DNA from: Bacteroidales bacterium
GTDB taxonomy: Bacteria > Bacteroidota > Bacteroidia > Bacteroidales > UBA7960
DNA length: 58,700 nucleotides
Assembly (NCBI GenBank): GCA_019429055.1
Contig: JAHYJP010000002.1
Coordinates: 1-58,700, forward strand
Direction of reading: 5' to 3'
A model generated the notes under the pieces. That model did no database searches, had not been told where the DNA came from, and saw only the letters and a program-made list of their open reading frames with translations. Position 1 is the stretch's first letter; the number at the start of each line of letters is the position of its first letter. The position numbers and the translations under genes are program-made. Below are positions 30,291 through 40,494 of this stretch, in pieces.

Positions 30291-30400
30291 GTTGAAAAGT
30301 TAAAAAGTTGAAGGGTTGAAAAGTTGATTATTTATGATTATAGCTGGGTTTATTCAACTCTTAACCATAAATTATAAACGATAAACCATCAACAATTAAC
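30291..30400. repeat. Degenerate octamer and heptamer tandem repeats
   Basis: GTTGAAAA GTTAAAAA GTTGAAGG GTTGAAAA GTTGATTA, then ATAAATT ATAAACG ATAAACC ATCAACA next to the gcvT stop. Confidence 0.65.
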
Positions 30401-31492
30401 CTATCCCTGATAAAAAGGTCTTTTCACTACAACTGCCTTTAGTGCCTTGCCACGAATTTCCACAAAAATTTCTGTTCCTGTTTTTGCAAACTCTGATTTT
30501 ACGTAAGCCATGCCTATGGGTTTCTTCAGAGAGGGTGACATGGTTCCGGATGTAACTTCACCCATTACATTCCCTTCAGCATCCTGGATGGGGTAATGTT
30601 GTCGCGCAATGCCTTTATCCAGCAATTCGAAACCTATAAGCTTGCGGCCTACACCCTCTTGCTTTTGTTTTTCAAGGTTTTCGCGGTTAACGAAATTATT
30701 TCCATCAACAAATTTGGTAATCCATCCCAACCCGGCTTCAATAGGCGATGTTGTGTCATTAATATCATTACCGTACAAACAGAATCCCATTTCCAGGCGC
30801 AGGGTATCGCGGGCTGCCAGTCCAATGGGTTTTATGCCGTATTCTTTCCCGGCTTCCATAACTGCATCATAAATTTTTATTCCAGCTTCATTGGGAAAGT
30901 ATATCTCGCATCCACCGGCTCCGGTATATCCTGTTGTCGAAATAAGCACATCTTTCACACCTGCAAAATCAATCACTTTGAAGGTATAGAAAGGCATATC
31001 TTCGATGGGCTCAGAAGTAAGCTTTTGCATAGCTTTCAGAGCCATCGGACCCTGAACTGCCAGCTGGGCAGTATCATCAGAAGCATTTCGCAATTCTGCT
31101 CCGATGGATTTGTTTTGCTCGTTCAGCCAGTTCCAGTCTTTTTCAATATTGGAAGCATTTACAACCAGCAAGTATTTTTCTCTGGAAAAATGATAAACCA
31201 GGAAATCATCCACGATGCCTCCTTTATCATTGGGGAAACATGTATACTGAACTTTTCCTTCAGAAAGAACAGCAATATCATTGGAACTTACCCTTTGTAC
31301 CAGTTCATAAGCTTTGTGTCCTTCCACCCATATTTCACCCATATGCGAAACATCGAATACTCCAAGTGCTTCCCTTACGGTTTGATGTTCAATATTGATA
31401 CCTTCAAATTGCACAGGCATATAAAAGCCGGCAAAGGGTACCATCTTGCCACCCATTGCTTCGTGCTTTTCTTTAAATACAGTGGTTTTCAT
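30401..31492 (-). CDS. gcvT: Glycine cleavage system aminomethyltransferase T
   Basis: [56 protein letters not shown]. Confidence 0.97.
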   Translation of the reverse strand: MKTTVFKEKHEAMGGKMVPFAGFYMPVQFEGINIEHQTVREALGVFDVSHMGEIWVEGHKAYELVQRVSSNDIAVLSEGKVQYTCFPNDKGGIVDDFLVYHFSREKYLLVVNASNIEKDWNWLNEQNKSIGAELRNASDDTAQLAVQGPMALKAMQKLTSEPIEDMPFYTFKVIDFAGVKDVLISTTGYTGAGGCEIYFPNEAGIKIYDAVMEAGKEYGIKPIGLAARDTLRLEMGFCLYGNDINDTTSPIEAGLGWITKFVDGNNFVNRENLEKQKQEGVGRKLIGFELLDKGIARQHYPIQDAEGNVMGEVTSGTMSPSLKKPIGMAYVKSEFAKTGTEIFVEIRGKALKAVVVKRPFYQG

Positions 31493-31629
31493 TCGAGTAA
31501 ATATTTTATGAATTTGAAAAGTAAAAAATCAGGTCCACTTTAAAAGTGCTAATTTTTTAAAGTAGGTAAAATTAATATAAAGAATAAAAAGCAAGAAATT
31601 TTTATTTTACGAGAACCTAATTTTCAAAA

Positions 31630-32874
31630 TTATCTTATCTGTCCGTTCCCATAAATAATGTATTTGGTGGAAGTAAGCTCTTTTAAACCCATGGGGCCGC
31701 GGGCGTGGAGTTTCTGGGTAGATATACCAATTTCAGCCCCGAATCCAAACTCGAAACCATCGGTAAACCTCGTGGATGCGTTTACATAAACTGCTGCAGC
31801 ATCTACCTCTTGCAGGAAACGTTGGGCATTGGAATAGTTTTCCGTAACAATGCACTCGGAGTGGCTTGACCCATATGTATTGATATGATTAATGGCTTCA
31901 TTAAGAGACGATACAACCTTTACGGCCAGAATAAGGTCCAGATACTCGGTTGACCAATCTTCTTCGGTTGCAGAAATCGCAAAAGGTACTAGTTTTTGAA
32001 CTTTATCATCACCCCTGATTTCCACATTAAGGTTTTTAAGCTCATTGCAAAGAGGAGGGAGAATTTTATCTGCGACTGAACTGTGAACCAGCAAAGACTC
32101 CATGGCATTGCACACCCCGGGCCTATGTGTTTTGGCGTTTATAGCAATTTTTTGTGCTTTGTGAAGATCAGCTGATTCATCGATATAGGTATGGCAGTTT
32201 CCCACACCTGTTTCCAATACAGGCACGCTTGAGTTTTCTACTACGGTTTGTATAAGTCCGGCACCACCTCTGGGAATCAATACATCCAGGTACTTGTTCA
32301 GTTTCATCATAACTACGGCACTTTCGCGGGAAGTATCTTCCACAAGTTGGATGGCGTCAACCGTTACTTTAGTATTGTGCAGTGCATCCCGGATAACCTT
32401 AACAATGGCTTTATTGGAGTTTATGGCTTCTTTACCCCCTCTCAGAATAACTGCATTCCCGGTTTTCAGACATAATGCAAAAGCATCTGCTGTAACGTTG
32501 GGGCGTGCCTCATAAATAATCCCTATTACACCCAGTGGAACCCTAACCTGACCTATTTTCAATCCGTTGGGTCTTTTCTTCATATATAAAACTTCTCCCA
32601 CAGGATCATCGAGCCTGGCAACCTGTTCGAGCCCTTCCGCCATGGATTCTATACGGTTTATGGTTAGCCTGAGACGGTCCAGGAGTGCTCCTTTTATATT
32701 ATTAGCACTAGCTGCTTCCAGGTCTTTTTGATTCTCATTCAGAATATAATCTGCCTTTTTGATCAGTAGTTCAGCGGCATGTATTAATGCATTATTTTTT
32801 TGTTCGGTAGAGAGCTGTGACAATTGGCTGGCCGCTTTTTTGGCCATTATTCCTTTTTCAATCAATTCGTTCAT
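31630..32874 (-). CDS. proA: Gamma-glutamyl phosphate reductase
   Basis: VPLGVIGIIYEARPNVT, IPRGG, CNAME, VNASTRFTDG, GISTQKLHARGPMGL. Confidence 0.97.
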   Translation of the reverse strand: MNELIEKGIMAKKAASQLSQLSTEQKNNALIHAAELLIKKADYILNENQKDLEAASANNIKGALLDRLRLTINRIESMAEGLEQVARLDDPVGEVLYMKKRPNGLKIGQVRVPLGVIGIIYEARPNVTADAFALCLKTGNAVILRGGKEAINSNKAIVKVIRDALHNTKVTVDAIQLVEDTSRESAVVMMKLNKYLDVLIPRGGAGLIQTVVENSSVPVLETGVGNCHTYIDESADLHKAQKIAINAKTHRPGVCNAMESLLVHSSVADKILPPLCNELKNLNVEIRGDDKVQKLVPFAISATEEDWSTEYLDLILAVKVVSSLNEAINHINTYGSSHSECIVTENYSNAQRFLQEVDAAAVYVNASTRFTDGFEFGFGAEIGISTQKLHARGPMGLKELTSTKYIIYGNGQIR

Positions 32875-32985
32875 AGTTTTTTATCATTTGTAAATAATTT
32901 CTGAATGGCAATTATCTTTTTTTCATCTTCTCCGGACGGTAAAATCTGAAAGGAAATTTTGATAAAAGCATACATTATCAATTGT

Positions 32986-33816
32986 TTATTCAGTTTTTAC
33001 TTCTGTGTGTTTTGTTTTCCAGTAAAACAATGTACCAATAGGTTTTCCCGCCATAATTTCATTTAGTATTTCAGGATTTGTGCCATTTATGATGGATACA
33101 GTAATTCCTTCCTGGCTGCATAATTTTGCTGCCGAAATCTTGGTGAGCATACCTCCCGTACCAAATCCTGAACCGCTGCCGCTGGCCGTTCTTTCTATTT
33201 TCTCAGTTATTTCGGTAATCATAGGAATTATTATTGCGTCCGGATCAATGCGTGGATCAGCAGAAAATAGTCCATCGATGTCCGACATGAGGATCAGCAG
33301 ATCAGCCTTAATAAGGCAAGCCACATGGGCCGATAAGGTATCGTTGTCGCCAATTACAATTTCATCCACTGCTACCGTATCATTTTCATTAATTATGGGA
33401 ATAACGTCCATCATCATCAATGCTTCAAGAGTATTGGAAGCATTGGTTCTGCGATCAGCAACAGTTACAATATCCCTGGTAAGCAATACCTGAGCAACAA
33501 ATTGGTTACGCGATTCGAAAAGTTTCTGGTAGATTTTTATCAGATCAGCCTGTCCCACGGCGGCAAGTGCTTGCTTTTCGGGTAATTCCACCGGCTTCGA
33601 TGTCAAACCGACTTTGCCCGAACCCACAGCAATGGCACCAGAGGATACAAGTATAATCTTTCTTCCGCTTTTTTGTAATTCGGTAAGAATCTTCGCCAGC
33701 TTGTCTATTCGCTGAAAATTCAGCTTTCCATTGGGATAACTCAAGGTAGTTGTTCCGACTTTCACCACAATACGGCGACATTCATTTATTTTTTCAAATG
33801 CAGTTTTCTGTATCAT
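32986..33816 (-). CDS. proB: Glutamate 5-kinase (short form, no PUA domain)
   Basis: RIVVKVGTT, VSSGA, QALAAVGQ, INENDTV, GDNDTLSA, SDIDGL, FGTGGMLTK. Confidence 0.95.
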   Translation of the reverse strand: MIQKTAFEKINECRRIVVKVGTTTLSYPNGKLNFQRIDKLAKILTELQKSGRKIILVSSGAIAVGSGKVGLTSKPVELPEKQALAAVGQADLIKIYQKLFESRNQFVAQVLLTRDIVTVADRRTNASNTLEALMMMDVIPIINENDTVAVDEIVIGDNDTLSAHVACLIKADLLILMSDIDGLFSADPRIDPDAIIIPMITEITEKIERTASGSGSGFGTGGMLTKISAAKLCSQEGITVSIINGTNPEILNEIMAGKPIGTLFYWKTKHTEVKTE

Positions 33817-33825
33817 CCTATTCAG

Positions 33826-34566
33826 TCAGGTTAAATTGATTTCTTCAGGAAATCCGCTAATCATGTTAACAGCGCTTTGTTTTTCAATAGGTGCACCGGA
33901 GGTACGCACACTTCTTCCGGTTTTACAATCAAAGTTTATTTCTTTCACAATTCCTTTACCTGATTTGATGAGGTCTGCCAGGTGAAATAAGTTCTCATCA
34001 GAAACGTCAATGATGTCTGGGTTGTTTCTCACAAGTAGTTTAAACCGGTTTTCATGGTAAGATTTGGTAACAATGGCATGGGGCTTTACTAATTGAGCCA
34101 CGATGAGGGTAAGGGGATAATTATCGTTAAGAATAATATCATCAATAGAAACTGAATCGTTTTCATTGATTATTGGAATGATACCTTTATTTAGTAAGGT
34201 ATTGAGAGTCTTTCTGGCATTGTTGTTACGCACAGGATTGCTGACCACATCACGGGTTACAAGTACCTGTGCCACAATCTGGTCAAAGCTATCGAAAAAC
34301 ATCTGGTAGTATTTAATAAGGTCAGCCTGACCGATGGCTGCAATAGCCTGCTTGGTTATGAGTTCTGCAGGTGGTTCGGACAATCCCATCTTTTCAGTAC
34401 CCAGCATGATAGCTCCTGACGATACCATCAATACCTTAAAACCTGCGTTTTGCATACTGGTGCACAACATCACAAGATGCTCCATCTTTTCAAGGCTTAA
34501 TTTACCCCTGGTATCAAACAAAGTATCTATTTCTATTCGGAATATGATTTTATAGGTTTTATGCAT
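33826..34566 (-). CDS. Glutamate 5-kinase-like paralog with degenerate catalytic and ATP-binding motifs
   Basis: Keeps VSSGAI, KQAIAAIGQ, QVLVT and PIINENDSV, but has IIFRIEIDT in place of IVVKVGTT, NDNYPL in place of GDNDTL, and no GTGGM.TK. Confidence 0.75.
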   Translation of the reverse strand: MHKTYKIIFRIEIDTLFDTRGKLSLEKMEHLVMLCTSMQNAGFKVLMVSSGAIMLGTEKMGLSEPPAELITKQAIAAIGQADLIKYYQMFFDSFDQIVAQVLVTRDVVSNPVRNNNARKTLNTLLNKGIIPIINENDSVSIDDIILNDNYPLTLIVAQLVKPHAIVTKSYHENRFKLLVRNNPDIIDVSDENLFHLADLIKSGKGIVKEINFDCKTGRSVRTSGAPIEKQSAVNMISGFPEEINLT

Positions 34567-34580
34567 AGCAAAGTATCTAT

Positions 34581-35918
34581 CTAGTATTCTCCCAAAAGGT
34601 TTTTGATGGCCATTTCTGATTTCATGAAGTTAAACTGGAGCATTATGCAATCCAGTTTTTGCTCAATCATATCATTGCACAGATTTCCAATGCTACCTTC
34701 ATGTTTATGATTGATTTTTTTATCAGGTTTAAACGTTCCGTTTTGAATTTTTTCAGCCACCATCTTATAAGCATTGCGAAATGGAACTCCTTTTAAAACC
34801 TGTTTATTAACTTCTTCTACGCTGAAAATATCATTGTATCTTATGTCTTGCATCAATTCAGGGTTTACATCCATATGTTCCATAAGCAGCGTCATCATAT
34901 TCATACATTCGTTCATCTCGTCGAACGATGAAATATAACTCTGTTTTGTAAGCTGATAGTCGCGATGATAACCTGTAGGCAAATTGGCAGCAATCAGGCT
35001 GATCTCATAGGGCAACGCCACCAGTTTGTTGCAACGTGCCCGAATCAGTTCAAAAGCATCCGGGTTTTTTTTGTGTGGCATAATACTGGAACCTGTGGTA
35101 AACTCATCGGGTAATATGAAGAATTTGTAGTTTTGTCCACTGTAAAGACAAACATCCATCGCAAGCCTGGAGAGTGTATTTGCCAGGGAACTCAGAGCAA
35201 AAGCAACTGTTTTTTCATTTTTAATACGGCTGGTTTGTGAATATACCGAATTGACCTGCATATTGTTAAAACCAAGTAACTGTGTTGTCATGGTCCGGTT
35301 CAATGGAAAGGATGAACCATATCCTGCAGCAGTACCCAGTGGGTTCTGGTCATTAATTCGATAAGCAGCCAGCAACAACTGCATATCATCTGCCAGACTT
35401 TCTGCATAAGAACCAAACCAAAGCCCGAAAGAAGAAGGCATAGCCACCTGCATGTGAGTATATCCGGGCATTAAAAGGTTTTTATGCTCGTTGCTGAGAT
35501 TCATTAGAATTTTGAAAAGCTTCTGGGTTTTCATAACTATAGTTTTCAATGCCTGCCGGGTAAAAAGTTTTAGGTCTACTAAGATCTGGTCGTTGCGCGA
35601 ACGTCCGGTATGAATTTTTTTTCCCACCTCACCCAACTCATTTGTAAGGATAATCTCTATCTGGCTATGTATATCTTCTACCCCTGGTTCAATCTCAAAG
35701 CTTCCTTCCTGTATCTTGTTCATAATTTTACCCAAAGCCTTTTCGAGACTTTTTAATTCATCTCTTGTAATTATACCAATGCTTTCAAGCATCCTGGCAT
35801 GTGCTATGTTTCCTAATATATCATAGGCTGCAAGACGCACATCCAAAATACGGTCGTTGGATGTGGTGAAATCTTCCACCGACTTTTCCGTATGTATCCC
35901 TTTATCCCAAAGTTTCAT
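34581..35918 (-). CDS. argH: Argininosuccinate lyase
   Basis: MKLW.KG, IHTGRSRNDQ, MPGYTH.Q, TGSSIMPHKKNPD. Confidence 0.96.
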   Translation of the reverse strand: MKLWDKGIHTEKSVEDFTTSNDRILDVRLAAYDILGNIAHARMLESIGIITRDELKSLEKALGKIMNKIQEGSFEIEPGVEDIHSQIEIILTNELGEVGKKIHTGRSRNDQILVDLKLFTRQALKTIVMKTQKLFKILMNLSNEHKNLLMPGYTHMQVAMPSSFGLWFGSYAESLADDMQLLLAAYRINDQNPLGTAAGYGSSFPLNRTMTTQLLGFNNMQVNSVYSQTSRIKNEKTVAFALSSLANTLSRLAMDVCLYSGQNYKFFILPDEFTTGSSIMPHKKNPDAFELIRARCNKLVALPYEISLIAANLPTGYHRDYQLTKQSYISSFDEMNECMNMMTLLMEHMDVNPELMQDIRYNDIFSVEEVNKQVLKGVPFRNAYKMVAEKIQNGTFKPDKKINHKHEGSIGNLCNDMIEQKLDCIMLQFNFMKSEMAIKNLLGEY

Positions 35919-35952
35919 AATACTGTGTTTTTATAGTTTTAATTATTAAGTG

Positions 35953-37206
35953 TCAACCCGTTTGTCCATTCTTTTTTCGTATTTCAGTAATGGCATTATG
36001 AGCCATCAGCCTTATGGCATTGATTTTAATGAAACCTTCGCTGTCCTGCTGGTTGAAACCGCCTTCAATATCCATGCTGGAAAGATTCTGATTATAGAGC
36101 GAGCTTGGTGATTCCCTTCCGTCTATCAATACATTTCCTTTGTACAAAGTGAGAAAAACTACGCCGTCTATGAGCTCCTGGCTTTTATTAATGGCTGCCA
36201 TCAGGAATTCCATTTCAGGGCTGAACCAAAATCCATTATAGGCAAGCTCTGCAAAAATGGGCGAGAACATATTTCTTAGTTTCATAACTTCACGGTCCAT
36301 TGCAATTCCTTCGATATCCATGTGGGCAGTCAGAAGTATGGTCCCACCGGGTGTTTCGTAAACTCCCCTGGACTTGATTCCCACATAACGGTTTTCTACC
36401 ATATCCAGAAGTCCGATACCATTTTCCGACCCTAAAAAATTAAGGTACTGGAATAATTCAAGTGGGTTTGTTTTGGTAGTTCCATCATCAAGGTTTTTTA
36501 CTTTTTTGGCAACCCCATTCTTAAAGGTGATGGCAATATGAGTTTCTTTATCCGGAGCTTGCTGAGGCAATTTTATCTTACTGATAATATCAGGTTCGCA
36601 CTTGTAGGCAGGATCTTCCAGGATTCCTGCTTCATGACTGATATGAAGCAGGTTATCATCTTCACTGTATGGTTTTTTCAGGGTTGATTTAACCGGGATA
36701 CCATGTGTGGCAGCATAATTGAGCAGGTCGGTACGACCCTTGAAATCATTAAGAAAGTCCTTGTCTTTCCAGGGAGCAAAAACTTTGATCTGCGGATTCA
36801 AAGCGTAATAAGTTAATTCAAATCTTACCTGGTCGTTTCCCTTTCCGGTTGCTCCATGCGACACGATATTGGCGTTTTCAAGAGCTGCAACCTCTATTTG
36901 TCGTTTTGCAATTACCGGACGTGCAAGGGCAGTACCCAGCAGATATCGGCTCTCGTATACCGCATTGGCCTGTATGGCAGGAAATATATAATCCGTTACA
37001 AATTCTTCCTTAAGGTCTTCAATATAAACTTTAGAAGCGCCTATTTCCAGCGCTTTCTTTTCCACTTCTACATAATCGTCATCCTGTCCCACATCACCAA
37101 CGTAGGCTATTACTTCGTAACCTTTATTGATAAGCCATTTCAGGATAACTGATGTATCAAGTCCGCCACTATAGGCCAGGACGATTTTTTCTTTTTTGTG
37201 AGTCAT
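35953..37206 (-). CDS. argG: Argininosuccinate synthase
   Basis: [41 protein letters not shown]. Confidence 0.97.
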   Translation of the reverse strand: MTHKKEKIVLAYSGGLDTSVILKWLINKGYEVIAYVGDVGQDDDYVEVEKKALEIGASKVYIEDLKEEFVTDYIFPAIQANAVYESRYLLGTALARPVIAKRQIEVAALENANIVSHGATGKGNDQVRFELTYYALNPQIKVFAPWKDKDFLNDFKGRTDLLNYAATHGIPVKSTLKKPYSEDDNLLHISHEAGILEDPAYKCEPDIISKIKLPQQAPDKETHIAITFKNGVAKKVKNLDDGTTKTNPLELFQYLNFLGSENGIGLLDMVENRYVGIKSRGVYETPGGTILLTAHMDIEGIAMDREVMKLRNMFSPIFAELAYNGFWFSPEMEFLMAAINKSQELIDGVVFLTLYKGNVLIDGRESPSSLYNQNLSSMDIEGGFNQQDSEGFIKINAIRLMAHNAITEIRKKNGQTG

Positions 37207-37370
37207 GATAATTTGCTATTAATTGAGTTGGATTACTATAAACTTTATTTCAATTTTAATTTTCAAAACGATTCCGGGCAGGTTTATCCCGTAAACCAAT
37301 TACTTGCTAAGCACAGGTTTTCCTGGTTAACTATAAATTCAGGATAAAACTTGATGGTTACGCAGGATTT

Positions 37371-37838
37371 CTATAAAACAGGCCTTAAGCTGCGGACCAG
37401 GGCCGGTCGCGGGATCCCTTCCCTGCCGATCACCAGGATGGTGTCGTCACCGGCTATGGTACCAATAATCTCATAAGCATTCATTCCATCAATACGGTAA
37501 GCAAGGCTGCTTGCAAAACCCGGGAGGGTTTTTATTACAGCCATTTGATTGGCAGATGTAAATTCAACTGATATAAAACCGGTGGATTGTTCCCGGGTTA
37601 TCTGTTCATTAGCAGTGTTCTGTGTTTTTTTTGAAATCGTCTCAGGCAATACATAAATCATCCCTTTTTCTTCATCGGGAATTTTACCAACTCTCAGATA
37701 TTTCAAATCACGAGACAGGGTTGCCTGGGTAAAATGAAATCCTTTGATTGTAAGTATGGCCTGCAATTCATCCTGGTTGCTGATCTTTTGCTCTTGGATG
37801 ATTTTTCGGATTTCGAGAAGTCGCTCGGCTTTATCCAT
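37371..37838 (-). CDS. argR: Arginine repressor
   Basis: Start at MDKAER (37838); I.NQDEL, TQATLSRDL, KTLPG.A, IGTIAGDDT. Confidence 0.95.
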   Translation of the reverse strand: MDKAERLLEIRKIIQEQKISNQDELQAILTIKGFHFTQATLSRDLKYLRVGKIPDEEKGMIYVLPETISKKTQNTANEQITREQSTGFISVEFTSANQMAVIKTLPGFASSLAYRIDGMNAYEIIGTIAGDDTILVIGREGIPRPALVRSLRPVL

Positions 37839-37839
37839 A

Positions 37840-37878
37840 GTTGTATAAATATGCAATATGATTGCAAAATTATACATA
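37840..37878. promoter_or_regulatory. Tandem ARG boxes (ArgR operator)
   Basis: GTTGTATAAATATGCAAT (37840-37857) and ATTGCAAAATTATACATA (37861-37878): two 18-bp TG.AT-W4-AT.CA-like boxes 3 bp apart, directly upstream of argR. Confidence 0.8.
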
Positions 37879-37945
37879 AAATAATAATAAAAAAACTTTT
37901 CTGAAAAAAAACATGACTTTTTTCAGAAAAGCTGATTAATTGAGA

Positions 37946-38000
37946 ATGAAAAGTTGAATAGTTTGAAGATTGAAAGATTTAATGGGTGAAAAGTTGAACC
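37946..38000. repeat. Degenerate octamer tandem repeat
   Basis: TGAAAAGT TGAATAGT TTGAAGAT TGAAAGAT TTAATGGG TGAAAAGT downstream of the sucC stop. Confidence 0.55.
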
Positions 38001-38042
38001 AGATTGTCACGAAACACTTCTCATTACCCGTCACTCATCACC

Positions 38043-39233
38043 CTACTGAAGCACCTCAGTAACCAGTTCTGCTGCTTCTTTGAGCAATATGGCTGATTTT
38101 ACTTTTAAACCCGACTCATCAATGATTTGTTTGGCTTCTTCTGCATTTGTACCCTGCAATCTTACAATAATCGGGATATTGATCTCACCAATGTTTTTGT
38201 AAGCAGCTACAATACCTTCAGCTACACGATCGCATCTTACAATACCACCAAAAATATTTACCAGTATTGCTTTAACATTTGGGTCTTTGAGGATGATACG
38301 GAAAGCTTCTTCAACTCTTTTTGCGTTGGCTGAACCACCTACATCAAGGAAATTGGCCGGATCGCCGCCCGAAAGTTTAATGATATCCATGGTTGCCATG
38401 GCAAGCCCGGCACCATTTACCATACAGCCCACATTACCATCAAGTTTCACATAGTTCAGATCATACTTGCCTGCCTCTACTTCCATGGGATCTTCCTCGT
38501 CGAGGTCGCGCATTTCCATGATATCGGGATGCCGGAAAAGTGCATTGCTGTCGATGGTCATTTTACAGTCGGCAACGAGAATTTTGTCATCGGCGGTTTT
38601 AAAGAGGGGGTTGATTTCCAGCAATGTTGCATCATTCTTTTCATAAGCATTGTAAAGTTTGGGAATAAACTTTACCATATTTTTAAAGGCATCACCTTTC
38701 AATCCCAGGTTAAAAGCAATGCGCCTGCACTGGTAAGGCTGAATACCGGTTTTGGGGTCAATTTCTTCGGTGAAGATCTCTTCCGGAGTTTCTTCAGCAA
38801 CTTCTTCAATATTCATACCTCCGCGGGGTGAATACATGATCATATTGCGCGAAGTAGCACGGTTAAGAAGCACACTGAAATATATTTCAGAAGGTTCTGA
38901 TGGCCCGGGATAGTAGATGTTTTGTTCGATGAGAAGTTTGCGTACGAGCTTCCCTTCGGCGCTGGTTTGTGGTGTAATCAATTGCATTCCAAGGATATTG
39001 CCTGCATGTGTTTTAACATCATCCAGGTTTTTGGCAATCTTTACTCCGCCGCCCTTACCACGGCCACCGGCGTGGATCTGAGCTTTTACAGCAATTAAGT
39101 CGTTGCTGGCGATCTCCTGGATCTTTTTTGCAGCCTTAAGGGCATCGTCAACACTTTTTACCATGATTCCCTCGGGAACGGGAACATCATATTTTTTCAG
39201 TAAGGCTTTGCCTTGATACTCGTGTACATTCAT
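38043..39233 (-). CDS. sucC: Succinyl-CoA synthetase beta subunit
   Basis: MNVHEYQGK, KAQIHAGGRGKGGG, EINPL, GCMVNGAGLAMATMD, NFLDVGG, NIFGGIVRCD. Confidence 0.97.
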   Translation of the reverse strand: MNVHEYQGKALLKKYDVPVPEGIMVKSVDDALKAAKKIQEIASNDLIAVKAQIHAGGRGKGGGVKIAKNLDDVKTHAGNILGMQLITPQTSAEGKLVRKLLIEQNIYYPGPSEPSEIYFSVLLNRATSRNMIMYSPRGGMNIEEVAEETPEEIFTEEIDPKTGIQPYQCRRIAFNLGLKGDAFKNMVKFIPKLYNAYEKNDATLLEINPLFKTADDKILVADCKMTIDSNALFRHPDIMEMRDLDEEDPMEVEAGKYDLNYVKLDGNVGCMVNGAGLAMATMDIIKLSGGDPANFLDVGGSANAKRVEEAFRIILKDPNVKAILVNIFGGIVRCDRVAEGIVAAYKNIGEINIPIIVRLQGTNAEEAKQIIDESGLKVKSAILLKEAAELVTEVLQ

Positions 39234-39362
39234 TTTATCGTTTCTGTTTTGTTTCTGACAGGAATTTAAAGGAAAGCAAAAATACAAATTTCATGATCAT
39301 TACAAGACCTATCCTTCATATAATTTCGATTTATTAAAATTTTTAGGAAACAGGTAAAATAA

Positions 39363-39671
39363 ATGAAAATGAAATGCCGTTATACTGATGAAAACAATGG
39401 TTCAATTAAACAAAAGCTAATGAAACAATTCTCTACCCTTGAAAATGATTTAACTATGATTCTTGAACTTCTTGCTGAAATGGTTGACACCAGGCATCTT
39501 ACACAAAAACAAATGATGCATATAATGGAAAACTACTTCAACCGGCCGCAGGAAGATCATAAGGCTTTGTTGCCAGATAATCAGGTAGTTAAAAACATTA
39601 TGAATTACAGCCATTCGCTGGAAGTTATGAAAACACCCGGAAAACAAGCCATTTCGGTTATTGCAAATTGA
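39363..39671 (+). CDS. Hypothetical protein
   Basis: 102-aa ORF filling the intergenic space, followed by a hairpin; start uncertain (39363 or 39420). Confidence 0.55.
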   Translation: MKMKCRYTDENNGSIKQKLMKQFSTLENDLTMILELLAEMVDTRHLTQKQMMHIMENYFNRPQEDHKALLPDNQVVKNIMNYSHSLEVMKTPGKQAISVIAN

Positions 39672-39873
39672 TCGGGTTTGTTTTAAGACTTAACAAAAAA
39701 AAACCGCAATTCAATAGTTTTCAACAAAAAAAACGACAAATTGCGGTTTTTTATGTGTAAAAACAAAAAAATAACACAGGTTATTAAAAATCTATTATTT
39801 TTGTACGCAACTGTGTAAGCCTTTTTTGATAGCTAATTTATCGAAAAAAAAATTGAAATTAATTTATAAAATC

Positions 39874-40011
39874 ATGAAGAAAAGAATCGTTTTTGCCGTT
39901 TTTGCCCTTATGCTTCTGGGAATCAGTTTAAGTGGATGCAGATCAAAAGAATTATGTCCTGCCTATACTGATGCCGATCCGATCGAACTCAGACAGGAAG
40001 AAAACGCCTGA
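39874..40011 (+). CDS. Small lipoprotein (C-x5-CPAY type)
   Basis: MKKRIVFAVFALMLLGISLSG-CRSKELCPAY; 45 aa; TATTTTTG promoter-like box upstream. Confidence 0.75.
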   Translation: MKKRIVFAVFALMLLGISLSGCRSKELCPAYTDADPIELRQEENA

Positions 40012-40083
40012 ATTGCTATAACAAATTTTTTGTCCAGCTTTGTAAGCTAACTCTTTAATTAAGAAAGAGTATGGAAGAAATTA

Positions 40084-40115
40084 CCACAGTCAATCTATTG
40101 GATGACTGTGGTTTT
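40084..40115. terminator. Intrinsic terminator hairpin
   Basis: ACCACAGTCA...TGACTGTGGT followed by TTT, between convergent genes. Confidence 0.7.
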
Positions 40116-40184
40116 ATTTTTCTTCAGTAAAAAGTTAAAAGAACAAACACTTCCGGTGAAGGGGAAATAGTAGAGTGGTTAAGC

Positions 40185-40391
40185 TTATTTTCCGATCATT
40201 ACTTCGGTAGATTTAACAATGGCAAAAACTTCGTCGCCAACCTTCAGATTCATATCCTCCACACTATCAATGGTTATCATTGAGCTTATGATGGTTCCAT
40301 CGGCAATTTTTACGGCTACTTTTGCCATTACGCTACCAATTTTTACTTCTGTAATGGTTCCCCTGATCTTGTTTCGTGCACTTAATTCCAT
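40185..40391 (-). CDS. Molybdenum-binding Mop/TOBE domain protein (molbindin)
   Basis: MELSARNKIRGTI..V..G.V.A.V, ITIDSVEDMNLKVGDEV.AIVKSTEV; 68 aa. Confidence 0.92.
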   Translation of the reverse strand: MELSARNKIRGTITEVKIGSVMAKVAVKIADGTIISSMITIDSVEDMNLKVGDEVFAIVKSTEVMIGK

Positions 40392-40494
40392 GATTTTCTT
40401 GTTTTGATTCAAAATGATTAATGAAACTTTATTCAGAAATTAAACAACTCTGATACACGAAAGTTCTTAGCCGGGCTTGTTTAGGCTCATAAAA

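Noticed and set aside
30596-31543. 315-aa plus-strand ORF and other long antisense ORFs (e.g. 12679-13287, 17542-18117)
   Set aside because: They lie antisense to well-supported genes and show no recognisable motifs
40412-40494. Possible Moco/Wco riboswitch upstream of mop
   Set aside because: Only ~80 bp with a weak GAGCC/GGCT stem; I could not identify the conserved multi-stem core, so a cmscan would be needed
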